From a virus (lineage: Duplodnaviria > Caudoviricetes): a DNA stretch of 64,000 bases. The stretch lies in the IMG/VR virus record IMGVR_UViG_3300011337_000669; one strand, written 5' to 3'. The position numbers and the translations under genes were made by a program. Below are positions 1 through 9,051 of this stretch, one piece after another. Under the pieces are notes generated by a model. The model was not told where the DNA came from. It made no database searches and was given only the letters and a program-made list of their open reading frames with translations. Positions within the stretch are counted from its first letter, which is position 1; each line of letters starts with the position of its first letter.

Positions 1-312
1 TTTAACTCCGTCGATTGTAATCTCGAATCGTTGATAATCGATGTCACCATCATTAGGTAAGTTACTGTATAAATCGGAGTCATCAACATAGTCGATAATT
101 TTTTTCAATATTGGGACAAGTCCGTCTGGAATTTCTGCAGTATAATTATTGTCAAAGTGGGTTGGAAAATCATTTGGATTGTATGAAATTTCTTCGTCGT
201 CCGTATCCATTTCAAAATTAATTTCTCCATACTTCATTCCCAATGAACTGAGATATCTTGAAACTTTCCCTAAATATTTTTTTTCTTCTGGTGTTAAAAT
301 TTTTTCTGCCAT
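1..312 (-). CDS. hypothetical protein, 3' end runs off the window
   Basis: Manual translation MAEKILTPEEKKYLGKVSRYL... stays open to position 1; TATTTAT motif at 317-323 upstream. Confidence 0.75.
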   Translation of the reverse strand, partial: MAEKILTPEEKKYLGKVSRYLSSLGMKYGEINFEMDTDDEEISYNPNDFPTHFDNNYTAEIPDGLVPILKKIIDYVDDSDLYSNLPNDGDIDYQRFEITIDGVK

Positions 313-323
313 ACAAATAAATA

Positions 324-677
324 TCAGTCTTCGAATTCTAATTTAATTGTCTTCAACATCCACTGTGGTCTTTGATTGGACATCATGTTGTTAACCCATT
401 CTTTTGCCGATGGAATATAGTTATTACAATCCTCTTTTATATGCTGTTCTCCAACATAACGGGTGTACACCGTTTTTCCATCTGAGTTTTTGAATTCAGT
501 TCCAAACCTTTTCTCCATTTCAAATATTCCTTCACTATGATGTCTCCACATTCTATGTAAAGAATCACCAAACCAAGATTTGGTCTCATCCAACCATTCG
601 TGTAAGTGGATATAATCTTCAGGTTTTCCACCAAATTTTTTGGCAGATGATTTCGCGTGTAAGTTTGGATGTGCCAT
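324..677 (-). CDS. DUF6915-like phage protein
   Basis: MAHPNLHAKSSAKKFGGKPEDY..HEWLDETK..HRMWRHHSEGIF pattern recalled for this family. Confidence 0.7.
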   Translation of the reverse strand: MAHPNLHAKSSAKKFGGKPEDYIHLHEWLDETKSWFGDSLHRMWRHHSEGIFEMEKRFGTEFKNSDGKTVYTRYVGEQHIKEDCNNYIPSAKEWVNNMMSNQRPQWMLKTIKLEFED

Positions 678-811
678 TAGATTTTATTTGTGAAAAAAAA
701 ATTGTAACGTCTGTACGGTTTGTTTCCCATCCACACTTTTATTGTGTATCGAAAGTTTCCATTTCATACTTAGCGTCCGTTCCGTCATTCTTACGAATCG
801 TTACAATTATG

Positions 812-893
812 CAGAGGAGACAGGACTCGAACCTGCAAAGCTTTTACACCCGACGCTTTTCAAGAGCGCTCGACAACCACTGTCCACTCCTCT
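812..893 (-). tRNA. tRNA-Ser(TGA)
   Basis: AGAGGAG/CTCCTCT acceptor, G discriminator, GCGCT-CTTGAAA-AGCGT anticodon arm, long variable arm, GCAGG-TTCGAGT-CCTGT T arm; CCA not encoded. Confidence 0.92.
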
Positions 894-996
894 AAATAGG
901 AATGGGCATTTGCAACTACCCATCCCCTTCAAATGACTTACCCTGGGACGCTGTTCTTATGGGTAGCGTGGTAAGTACTGTTGATTAATTCAAAAA

Positions 997-1068
997 AGCC
1001 CCCGTCCGGAATCGAACCGAATTATCATGATTACAAGTCATGCGCATCGCCAGCAATGCTTAAGGGGC
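997..1068 (-). tRNA. tRNA-Thr(TGT)
   Basis: GCCCCTT.../...CGGGGGC acceptor (one mismatch), CATGA-CTTGTAA-TCATG anticodon arm, TTCGATT T loop. Confidence 0.88.
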
Positions 1069-1085
1069 ATATAATTAAATATCTG

Positions 1086-1157
1086 TGGACCCGGGGAATC
1101 ATGATATCCCGACCTTCGCTTTATGAGAGCGCTGCTCTTCCTCTGAGCTACGGGTCC
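1086..1157 (-). tRNA. tRNA with CAT anticodon (Met or Ile2), atypical T loop
   Basis: GGACCCG/CGGGTCC acceptor, GCTC/GAGC D stem, CTCATAA loop; T arm GGGAT-ATCATGA-TTCCC lacks TTC. Confidence 0.8.
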
Positions 1158-1231
1158 ATATTATCTTCGTTTTCAATGATAATATTCTTTATCGTAAAAA
1201 TCAACGATGTACTTACATCAAATCAACATGA

Positions 1232-1239
1232 CAAAGGTA
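1232..1239 (-). promoter_or_regulatory. Bacteroidota-type -7 box (TACCTTTG) upstream of the tRNA cluster
   Basis: Matches TAnnTTTG; TTG about 19 nt further upstream. Confidence 0.6.
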
Positions 1240-1310
1240 ATAAAATTTTTCATTCACAACAACTTTCGTTTCTAAAAAAAATAAATTACTTTTGTTGAAA
1301 TATTTGATAA

Positions 1311-1796
1311 ATGAGTACAGTATTGGTTTTGAATTCTGACTACACTCCCCTGAACGTAACAAGTGTTCAGAGAGGATTCGTGTTGGTCACCAAAGGAAAG
1401 GCGGAAGTGTTAAGGTCGGATGAGAATCCGATTGTGACAGGTTACAAGACGTTTATACGACCCGTTATCATACGCCTATTAAAATATATCAGACATAGAA
1501 CAAGACTCAACAAACCCAACCGTAGTCGCATTTATAAAAGGGACGGATATGAGTGTGTTTATTGTGGGTCGAAAAAAAATCTAACCTTAGACCACGTTAT
1601 TCCCAAATCAAGAGGTGGTTCAAATGAATGGACAAACTTGGTTACCTGTTGTTCAAAGTGTAATCGAGATAAGGACAACAAAACTCCTGATGAGGCAAAA
1701 ATGCCAATGAAAAGACCGGCATTCGAGCCACCAATAATGTATGATGATGTGGCATTATTAAATGTTTGGACAGATTTCCAAAAATCTTTTGTATAA
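1311..1796 (+). CDS. HNH endonuclease (McrA/HNH_5-like)
   Basis: CVYCG..LTLDHVIPKSRGG.NEWTNLVTCC.KCN motif. Confidence 0.9.
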   Translation: MSTVLVLNSDYTPLNVTSVQRGFVLVTKGKAEVLRSDENPIVTGYKTFIRPVIIRLLKYIRHRTRLNKPNRSRIYKRDGYECVYCGSKKNLTLDHVIPKSRGGSNEWTNLVTCCSKCNRDKDNKTPDEAKMPMKRPAFEPPIMYDDVALLNVWTDFQKSFV

Positions 1797-1818
1797 AATA
1801 AAAATTGTATTAACTTTG
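1788..1818 (+). promoter_or_regulatory. Bacteroidota-type promoter for clpP
   Basis: TTTG at 1788-1791, 19-nt spacer, TAACTTTG at 1811-1818. Confidence 0.65.
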
Positions 1819-1835
1819 TAAAAAATAAATCAGAT

Positions 1836-2507
1836 ATGAACATCGGACAAGAATTTCAAAACTATTACGTAAATCACTTGGGTAAAGGGTCATTGGACCT
1901 TTACAACTTCTCAAATCAAATTCAATCATCAATGACTCCATATATTCTTGAAGAAAGAGAAATGAGAGTAACTCAAATGGATATTTTCTCAAGATTACTT
2001 CGTGATCGTATATTATGGGCAGCAGGTCCCGTAGACGATAGAATGTCCACAGTTGTCCAAGCACAACTCATGTTTCTTGATAATACTGATAAATCAGATA
2101 TCACAATTCATTTGGATAGTGGTGGTGGAAGCATAAAATCGGGATTAAGTATGATTGATGTTATGAATTATATCAAATGTGATGTTAGAACAATTAATGT
2201 TGGTATGTGCGCATCTATGGGGGCAGTATTACTAGGAGCAGGAACAAAGGGGAAGAGAAGTTCTCTCAAATTTTCGAGAACTATGATACATCAGTCATCA
2301 TCAGGGTTTCAAGGAACTTACGCAGACGCAAAGGTAAATTTCGAAGAATGGACTAAAATTAACGATACAATCTTCAATTTGTTGGGAGAATATTGTGGAA
2401 AGTCGTCAGACCAAATAAAAATTGATGCCGACAGAGATTTATGGTTCTCATCACAGGAAACTCTAGATTACGGATTAATTGATGAAATTGTGACAAAAAG
2501 AAAATAA
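1836..2507 (+). CDS. clpP: ATP-dependent Clp protease proteolytic subunit
   Basis: MDIFSRLLRDRI, GMCASMG (Ser), MIHQ (His), DRDLW (Asp) catalytic triad context. Confidence 0.95.
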   Translation: MNIGQEFQNYYVNHLGKGSLDLYNFSNQIQSSMTPYILEEREMRVTQMDIFSRLLRDRILWAAGPVDDRMSTVVQAQLMFLDNTDKSDITIHLDSGGGSIKSGLSMIDVMNYIKCDVRTINVGMCASMGAVLLGAGTKGKRSSLKFSRTMIHQSSSGFQGTYADAKVNFEEWTKINDTIFNLLGEYCGKSSDQIKIDADRDLWFSSQETLDYGLIDEIVTKRK

Positions 2508-2545
2508 TTTTTTTACTAAACTAATGTTGGATATATTTATAGTAT

Positions 2546-3247
2546 ATGGGATATATTTATTTGTTGGTCGACACTAGAAATGGTAAAAAATATGTTGGTA
2601 AACATAACGGTAATAACAAAAATTATTGGTCATCAGGCATTTTACCGAATAGAATCGCCGAAAAATACGGTCGATCCGTGTTCACTAAATGTATATTGGA
2701 AGATAATATACCTGAACACTTGTTAAATGAAAAAGAGATTTATTTTATAGATAGAGAAAATTCTTTTACAGATGGATATAATTCAACTAAAGGTGGTGAT
2801 GGGGGAGGAGAATGGATATATCATAAATCTAAAGAAGAAAAAAAGAAAATCTCTGAAAATAAATCGAAGAAACTTTCAGGGAGAACTTTTTCTGATGCCA
2901 CTATTTTGAAAATGAAAGAATCAGGTAAGAAAAAAAAATTGACTGATGAACATAAAAAAAATATATCTATTGCGGTAAAAAAAAGAGGGGGGTTTCCACA
3001 TAGTGAAGAAACTAAAATGAAATTATCAGAGTTGAAGAAGGGAACGAAAAATGATCCTCACTCCAATTTCATGAAAACGAATAATCCGAATTTTTGTAAA
3101 ATTAGTATCAATGGAATTATTTATAAATCAATAAAAGAATATTCTATAATACATAAGATTTATTACAATACTGTAAAAAATAGATTAAATTCTAAAACAA
3201 AAAAATTTGAAGAATGGTTTAGGGTTAAAAACGAAAAAGAGGGGTAA
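2546..3247 (+). CDS. GIY-YIG homing endonuclease with NUMOD3-like repeats
   Basis: GYIY..KKYVG, GYNSTKGGDG, HSEETKMKLSE; TATTTAT at 2534-2540. Confidence 0.88.
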   Translation: MGYIYLLVDTRNGKKYVGKHNGNNKNYWSSGILPNRIAEKYGRSVFTKCILEDNIPEHLLNEKEIYFIDRENSFTDGYNSTKGGDGGGEWIYHKSKEEKKKISENKSKKLSGRTFSDATILKMKESGKKKKLTDEHKKNISIAVKKRGGFPHSEETKMKLSELKKGTKNDPHSNFMKTNNPNFCKISINGIIYKSIKEYSIIHKIYYNTVKNRLNSKTKKFEEWFRVKNEKEG

Positions 3248-3265
3248 ATAACCCCTCTTTTTTTT
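3237..3265. terminator. bidirectional intrinsic terminator
   Basis: AAGAGGGGT/ACCCCTCTT stem flanked by A and T tracts between convergent genes. Confidence 0.75.
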
Positions 3266-3332
3266 TAGACTTAGAACACCCCCTTTACTTTTTGCTCGTC
3301 AGTTTATCACAAAATAATTTTACTTACTTTGG

Positions 3333-4001
3333 CTATTGTGTGAATAATCCTCCATCCACATCAGGTTTCAATTTGTCATAAACTTTCGAAGCCTTTTCAC
3401 TCATTTTATTAAATAAATCACATACTACATCTCTAATCTTTCTTTGTACATTTTCAGAGAAACTTTGGTCTTGTACTGCGTCTGCTAAAGCACTATTTAA
3501 GAATTTGGAATCAATCGCTTCAGTGCCACTTTGTTGAAGAATTCTTTTGTGTATCACATCCGATAACGCGTCTGCGATTAACTTGGATAATTCGTCACAA
3601 CTTCTTAATGCTTGTGCTAACTTTGTTGGGTCGGCAGATAAGGTAGATTTCAAGGACTCTTTGAAATAATCTGCGAGTTGTAATTCCTTCATCAAAGATG
3701 TTACTATCGGGTCAATAATTGTTTGGAAAATCCCCGTAAATCCATCTCCGAAAATCTTACCCAAAAAGTCCTTTAATTGTTCGTTCAATAAATTTGTTTC
3801 TTGTAAATAATTTATTTCAGACACAAGTTTGAACGCAATTTTTTCCTGTTTTAATTTTGATAATGAACCAAAATTTTTAATATTTTCTTCAGATTCAAGA
3901 ATCATAAGAATTCTTTTTTTGACTAAGGTTTTCTCAATCAAAAGTTTTTCTTTCTTTTCTTTAGTTTCTAAGATTGCTTGTTTTACTCTATTCTGTAACA
4001 T
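3333..4001 (-). CDS. hypothetical helical protein
   Basis: Long ORF; ATG at 4001 chosen because it follows the stop of the upstream 41-aa ORF. Confidence 0.75.
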   Translation of the reverse strand: MLQNRVKQAILETKEKKEKLLIEKTLVKKRILMILESEENIKNFGSLSKLKQEKIAFKLVSEINYLQETNLLNEQLKDFLGKIFGDGFTGIFQTIIDPIVTSLMKELQLADYFKESLKSTLSADPTKLAQALRSCDELSKLIADALSDVIHKRILQQSGTEAIDSKFLNSALADAVQDQSFSENVQRKIRDVVCDLFNKMSEKASKVYDKLKPDVDGGLFTQ

Positions 4002-4002
4002 T

Positions 4003-4128
4003 TTATTTGGAATTCTTTTGTTCAGAAACATTCTTTTTATTTTCGGTAGAAGTTTTTGACATATCATATTTCATCATCAACTTTACTCTTTCTAATGCTT
4101 CTTCAGGACTGTATTTTGGTTGTACCAT
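4003..4128 (-). CDS. 41-aa leader-family protein (MVQPKYSPEEALERVKLMMKY...)
   Basis: Manual translation; similar to N-terminus of 31287-32216 (FERIKLIMNY); TATTTAT at 4147-4153. Confidence 0.6.
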   Translation of the reverse strand: MVQPKYSPEEALERVKLMMKYDMSKTSTENKKNVSEQKNSK

Positions 4129-4161
4129 TATTCAATAATTTATAATATAAATACCTGTAAT

Positions 4162-4395
4162 TTACCAAATTTGATTTGCGGCTCCTCTTGTAAGACCTGT
4201 TTCCCATTTTTCTCCTGACGCACCCAATCTATTTGCTTTACCTCTTGTTATTGTATATGAATCAGACCATTTTGGGACTTTACCTCCCCCACCTCCTGAA
4301 GGTGCCTCAGCTTCTTGTTCTCCCATTTCATTTTTGGTTTCCGAATTCGAGAGTTTATTAAAAAAATCTATAAGGAAGTCGATGTCTAATATCAT
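4162..4395 (-). CDS. small hypothetical protein with Gly-rich linker
   Basis: ORF track; TATTTAT at 4400-4406; TRGKAN/TRGAAN internal repeat. Confidence 0.75.
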   Translation of the reverse strand: MILDIDFLIDFFNKLSNSETKNEMGEQEAEAPSGGGGGKVPKWSDSYTITRGKANRLGASGEKWETGLTRGAANQIW

Positions 4396-4443
4396 GTTAA
4401 TAAATATTTGGGATTGTCAAAAATTTTTTTTTATATTTGGGAG

Positions 4444-4974
4444 ATGAAAAGGATTATACTGTTAACTCTATTACTTTTTACTTCATGTCAACTCTACGTC
4501 ACCGAAATCAAGGATGTCACGTTGAGTGGAAAGTACGTTGTTTCCAAATTGGAGATAACAAATGTCGACCAAAATCAGACTAAAGATGAGTCGTATTTGT
4601 TAGGGTCAACATACAAAAATTCCAAATTACCCGATCCGTTCAATAATATCAAAATCAATAATTTTTACATTCATTTCGACTATTCAACGGTAAGAATGAA
4701 ACTAGTTGGGGTCACTCCTTCAGGTGAAGACATTTGGTTTTATGGATTAGACCCCAATTATATTTTTTATAAAAATTTTGGAGGTACTCCATTTCACGCA
4801 GGATACATTCAATATCACTACACCACCAAAGACGGTAGTTATGTACCAATAACATTCCTGATTGAAGATGACGGATTGGAAACCCTCCAATTGAAATCCT
4901 CGGGGGCTTGGTTTACAGGTAAATTAGGGGAAAAACAAGTTATGACAATATCATTAACCCGAGTTGGTCCTTAA
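4444..4974 (+). CDS. predicted lipoprotein
   Basis: MKRIILLTLLLFTSC lipobox signal; TATATTTG at 4432-4439. Confidence 0.8.
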   Translation: MKRIILLTLLLFTSCQLYVTEIKDVTLSGKYVVSKLEITNVDQNQTKDESYLLGSTYKNSKLPDPFNNIKINNFYIHFDYSTVRMKLVGVTPSGEDIWFYGLDPNYIFYKNFGGTPFHAGYIQYHYTTKDGSYVPITFLIEDDGLETLQLKSSGAWFTGKLGEKQVMTISLTRVGP

Positions 4975-5270
4975 TAAAATTCAGGGTCAGGTATTGAATT
5001 TGGATTAACAATATAGTATTCGTTTAGAAAAGATATTAATATATCTTCATCTAATTCAATTTTTGTTTCTTCAAATGAATCATCCTCAAGGTCATCATCA
5101 AAAAAATCAAAAGATTCTGCGATTAAGTCAAATCCATAACTCTCTATTACACTATAATCTATTGTATCGATTCTTACAACATCTTCTTCATCTTCGATGG
5201 TTCTAAATGATACATCTACTAAATTGGCCTCATTATTAAAATAATAAGATACGATTTCCTTGATTTCCAT
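4971..5270 (-). CDS. acidic hypothetical protein
   Basis: ORF track. Confidence 0.75.
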   Translation of the reverse strand: MEIKEIVSYYFNNEANLVDVSFRTIEDEEDVVRIDTIDYSVIESYGFDLIAESFDFFDDDLEDDSFEETKIELDEDILISFLNEYYIVNPNSIPDPEFY

Positions 5271-5339
5271 AACAATATCAATTTATAAACAAATATTAAA
5301 AAATATATGAAAAGTCATATTTTCCATAGAATTTAATAA

Positions 5340-5366
5340 AAAAACCCCATATTTCTATGGGGTTGA
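5340..5366 (-). terminator. intrinsic terminator
   Basis: AACCCCATA/TATGGGGTT stem with A tract on + strand (T tract on -). Confidence 0.7.
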
Positions 5367-5411
5367 AACTCATTTGAGTCGGTCCTACGAGACTATCATA
5401 GGAGGGGTAAT

Positions 5412-6875
5412 TTATTTTATCACTTTCATTCTACTCATCATTTCCACAATTTTGTTTTTCTGATTGTGGAAGGATTCTTGTAAATCTTCATCTATTTCAA
5501 ATTCTTCCTCATCTTCAACTTCCTCTTCATTATAACTTGACCTCTGATATGGCCCTGCTTTACCTGGTCCTTCTGAGTCAAAGTCATATGGAGGATCCAT
5601 TTCACCATAAATTCCTTGGGAACCTGATACATCAACTTCATCTATTTCATCTGCGAATGCTGACTCCATGAACATGAAGTCCTCTTCTTCTTCCTCTTCT
5701 TGACCTCCACATTCTTCCATATACTCCGTAATTAAATCTTCACCGAACCAATCCTTACACAAATCATAAACTTCATAATAGAAATCAGAGTCTAACTCTT
5801 CTCCAATATGAACAAAAAAATCTGAAAGTGCAGAACCGATGATGTTGTCACCATATTCAAACTCATCACCAAAGTCGTGGCACATATCAAAATCTCCTTT
5901 TGCTGCTTCAATAAAAGATAATATGTTCGAATAAACTATTCCTCTCCTTTTATATCTTATCATATCCTCAGGTGCTTGTTCTTCCATTTCTCCTTCTGTA
6001 GGATATACATCTCCACCTGCCATCGGTCCGTCAGAAACAAAGTCATATGCAGGATTAATATTACTTAAATCCATATCAGGGGCATTTCCTCCTCCTGTAT
6101 AACCTTGTTCATCAATAGTTTCTGATCCTTTCAATAAATCTTTGTCGATAAGACCAACTCTTACTAAACGATTTAATAAAGTTTTTCTTGGTAGTTTTCT
6201 CAAATATCTAATTACAATCGGTGGAATATCTTCTCCATATTGTCCGAATAAATTATTTAGAATTTCATTTTCTTGTGGACTTGGAGTGAATGAAGCTCTT
6301 GCTCGAGATGCTTTCATCCCTCTTTTACCCATCTCATAAGGTTTTCCGTCTGTTTCATCTTCATCTATTTGGTCACCGACCTCTAAATCTTCAAACCCGT
6401 CATCTTCATTGTCAGGGTCTTCATATTCACCTTCTGATTTTATTTTTTTCATGTGGTGCATTTTTTCAAATGTATCTGTACTATTAGATGGACCTTCGAT
6501 GTAATCGAATCCCGCAGATGGGTTCAAATCTTCCTCATCATAGATGTCGTCTAATTTACCAGTGGCTTCTTCCATTTTTCCACTACCACATTGTTCACAT
6601 ATACCTTCACTCATTCTCATCGCTCCACACTCATCACAAACTTCTGTTTTTTCAACTTGTTCGTTGATTCCCATATTCGTATATTTCTTTACTTCACCTT
6701 TGTTGTTTACAACCATTCCGTCTTTATCACCAGCGAAATCGTAGGTATATAAAGGTTGGGTGTTAGAAACCTGTGGTTGCATGGTTTGGTATCCATTATA
6801 CAAACTTTTGTGTTGGTCTAAAATATCTGACTTCTCAGCTGCGGACAATTGTCCTAATCCAAAGTATCCTCTCAT
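5412..6875 (-). CDS. 487-aa acidic modular protein (Zn ribbon, internal repeat, KRR module)
   Basis: CDECG..CEQCG; recurring P(A/P)YDF.S.GP segments; YKRRG..FGDEFEYGDNII module; TATTTAT at 6893-6899. Confidence 0.85.
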   Translation of the reverse strand: MRGYFGLGQLSAAEKSDILDQHKSLYNGYQTMQPQVSNTQPLYTYDFAGDKDGMVVNNKGEVKKYTNMGINEQVEKTEVCDECGAMRMSEGICEQCGSGKMEEATGKLDDIYDEEDLNPSAGFDYIEGPSNSTDTFEKMHHMKKIKSEGEYEDPDNEDDGFEDLEVGDQIDEDETDGKPYEMGKRGMKASRARASFTPSPQENEILNNLFGQYGEDIPPIVIRYLRKLPRKTLLNRLVRVGLIDKDLLKGSETIDEQGYTGGGNAPDMDLSNINPAYDFVSDGPMAGGDVYPTEGEMEEQAPEDMIRYKRRGIVYSNILSFIEAAKGDFDMCHDFGDEFEYGDNIIGSALSDFFVHIGEELDSDFYYEVYDLCKDWFGEDLITEYMEECGGQEEEEEEDFMFMESAFADEIDEVDVSGSQGIYGEMDPPYDFDSEGPGKAGPYQRSSYNEEEVEDEEEFEIDEDLQESFHNQKNKIVEMMSRMKVIK

Positions 6876-6924
6876 AACTAATAGTTTTATTTATAAATAC
6901 TTTTATTTTTTCATTTTTTTCATT

Positions 6925-6953
6925 TGACAATTTTAAGTGTAAAATCTATTATT
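6925..6953 (+). promoter_or_regulatory. sigma70-like promoter
   Basis: TTGACA, 17-nt spacer, TATTAT. Confidence 0.55.
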
Positions 6954-7047
6954 GTATTACACAAGTGAGATCCGGATTTTCATCCGATAGTATCTTGGTA
7001 ATTTATTTATCGCCTCAAACTACGGACTCACTTGTTATTTCTCTACT

Positions 7048-7302
7048 ATGACAATCAACGACTACGATATCGACGAATACGCTGAAGGAGCCATCATCTT
7101 GGATGGACTTGACGATGCAATCATTGGAATTGTTGAAGAGTTTGGTAATGGTCCAAGAATTCTTTACTCCAAAAACAAAATTCTCGGCATTCTCCGTGAG
7201 AGAGACTTGATGACTCATTCTGAAGCTGAAGAATTTTTTGATTATAATATCATCGGTCTTTATGCTGGAGAACAAAATCCAGTATTTTTGGTTTCCGAAT
7301 AA
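7048..7302 (+). CDS. conserved-looking phage hypothetical protein
   Basis: ORF track; DGLDDAIIG..EAEEFFDYNIIGLYAGEQNPVF. Confidence 0.75.
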   Translation: MTINDYDIDEYAEGAIILDGLDDAIIGIVEEFGNGPRILYSKNKILGILRERDLMTHSEAEEFFDYNIIGLYAGEQNPVFLVSE

Positions 7303-7322
7303 TTTTTTATTATCTTTACGTC

Positions 7323-7997
7323 ATGATAAAGATAGATGTGAATAGCAAAGGTAGGACTGAACAAAATGTTTGGATATTCTCCGACCCTCACTACAACCAC
7401 AAAAATATATGCCGTGGTGTCACCAGCTGGAGAACTCAGGATGGTGAAATCCCGATCGAACAAACTCGAGATTTTCCAACTTTGGAAAAAATGAATTCCA
7501 CAATTGTTAACAACATTAATAATTGTGTAATGCCTGATGATACTCTCATATGTCTTGGAGATTGGTCTTTCGGTGGTTTCGAAAGTATCCGTGAATTTTG
7601 GGATAGAATCATGTGTAAAAACATCCACTTAATTTTGGGAAATCACGACCATCATATTGAAAAAAATAGAAATGATTGTCAAGAACTTTTCAAGAGTGTA
7701 TCTCATTACAATACTCTTGAAATAGGGCAATTTAAGTTTCGTTTGATGCACTACCCAATTAGTTCATGGGATGGTCTTGGCAAAGGTGTAATGCACTTAC
7801 ATGGTCACTGTCACCTTCCAACTCATTTAAGATTTGCTAAAGGTCAAAGAATGGATGTTGGTATGGATGGTCACCCTGAGTTCAGACCGTATAACATGAT
7901 GGATGAAGTTATACCACTCCTTCGTCATCGACCAAAAATTTCAGAAGTGGGAGAATATGACCACCATTTAGATAACATACAAAATAAAGATAAATAG
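7323..7997 (+). CDS. calcineurin-like metallophosphoesterase
   Basis: SDPH, LGDW, GNHD, HYP, HGHCH motifs. Confidence 0.9.
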   Translation: MIKIDVNSKGRTEQNVWIFSDPHYNHKNICRGVTSWRTQDGEIPIEQTRDFPTLEKMNSTIVNNINNCVMPDDTLICLGDWSFGGFESIREFWDRIMCKNIHLILGNHDHHIEKNRNDCQELFKSVSHYNTLEIGQFKFRLMHYPISSWDGLGKGVMHLHGHCHLPTHLRFAKGQRMDVGMDGHPEFRPYNMMDEVIPLLRHRPKISEVGEYDHHLDNIQNKDK

Positions 7998-7999
7998 AT

Positions 8000-8188
8000 A
8001 TGGGAAATTGGTTTTTTCACAAAAGCAGATTCGTAAAATTCGAAGGAAGATACTGGATTATTCCGTGTATATCACTTTGGATTGACAGGTATTATTTCTT
8101 GGAGACAGGAGTTGAAACTCCTGCCTTTGGTATTCAGATAAGTTTTCTTAACTTTGCTTTTGGGATGACCATACAAAAACGATATTGA
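8000..8188 (+). CDS. hypothetical protein
   Basis: ORF track; tight operon spacing. Confidence 0.65.
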   Translation: MGNWFFHKSRFVKFEGRYWIIPCISLWIDRYYFLETGVETPAFGIQISFLNFAFGMTIQKRY

Positions 8189-8189
8189 A

Positions 8190-8588
8190 ATGAAAGAACT
8201 ATTCTTATTGAGAGGATTACCAGGTAGTGGTAAAAGTACATTAGCAAAAATGTTGGTTGGTGATAAAGATTATCGCCACAAAGAAGCTGATATGTATTTT
8301 GTTGATGGAGATGGAAATTATAAGTTCCAACCATCCAAAATCAAAGAAGCTCACAAATGGTGTCAAGAAGAAATTGAATTCCTAATGAAGTATGAACATT
8401 CTTCAGTTGTAGTATCAAACACATTTACTCAAGAGTGGGAAATGGAAGAATACTATAAGTTGGCAGAGAAGTATGGATATAGAGTTCATTCCCTTATTGT
8501 TGAAAATAGACATGGGGGAGTAAATGAGCACGGAGTACCTTCTGATAAATTAGAACAAATGAAAAACCGATTTGAAATAAAGTTATGA
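8190..8588 (+). CDS. P-loop kinase (AAA_33 / polynucleotide-kinase-like domain)
   Basis: RGLPGSGKST Walker A; EADMYF; VVSNTF. Confidence 0.85.
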   Translation: MKELFLLRGLPGSGKSTLAKMLVGDKDYRHKEADMYFVDGDGNYKFQPSKIKEAHKWCQEEIEFLMKYEHSSVVVSNTFTQEWEMEEYYKLAEKYGYRVHSLIVENRHGGVNEHGVPSDKLEQMKNRFEIKL

Positions 8589-8755
8589 AAAAGAAAATAT
8601 TTCAAGGTATCTCCTTAATTGGAGTGTTTACTTTAGGTATGTACACTGCAAGCCAATTTGTGTTTGGTACTCCAGTGGATACCCATAGATGGTTAATAAC
8701 CATCCTCGCAATTGTATTCCTTTTGTCATTTGCCGACGAAACAGAAAAAAAATAA
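8585..8755 (+). CDS. small two-TM membrane protein
   Basis: Manual translation MKKKIFQGISLIGVFTLGMY...WLITILAIVFLLSF; ATGA-type overlap with upstream gene. Confidence 0.6.
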   Translation: MKKKIFQGISLIGVFTLGMYTASQFVFGTPVDTHRWLITILAIVFLLSFADETEKK

Positions 8756-8776
8756 AATTAAACCAAATTAAATAAT

Positions 8777-9001
8777 ATGTCACTACAAACACTAATTTTC
8801 AACACAAAAACCAAATCCGTCATAGTTTACGAAGGAGAACATCATTCAAAAATTCTTTACACTTTCCAAGACGTTCCAACCGTAAAAGTTTTGGACACAT
8901 ACTACGAAGTCATGGTTAAACAGGCAAGTGAAGAAGGAGAAATAAGAGTACCTGTAGGTAGATTTCCAGTCTCCAACACAAATATGTTAATCCAAAACTA
9001 A
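8777..9001 (+). CDS. hypothetical protein
   Basis: ORF track. Confidence 0.7.
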   Translation: MSLQTLIFNTKTKSVIVYEGEHHSKILYTFQDVPTVKVLDTYYEVMVKQASEEGEIRVPVGRFPVSNTNMLIQN

Positions 9002-9051
9002 CATTTTCTTTTTTCCATTTTTTTTAGTACCTTTGGGAATACGATAAAAAA

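Noticed and set aside
907-976. HDV-like (theta), hammerhead or twister ribozyme assignment
   Set aside because: Helix order and spacing do not fit HDV, no CTGATGA/GAAA hammerhead core is present, and the element does not abut a tRNA 3' end; kept only as an unclassified candidate.
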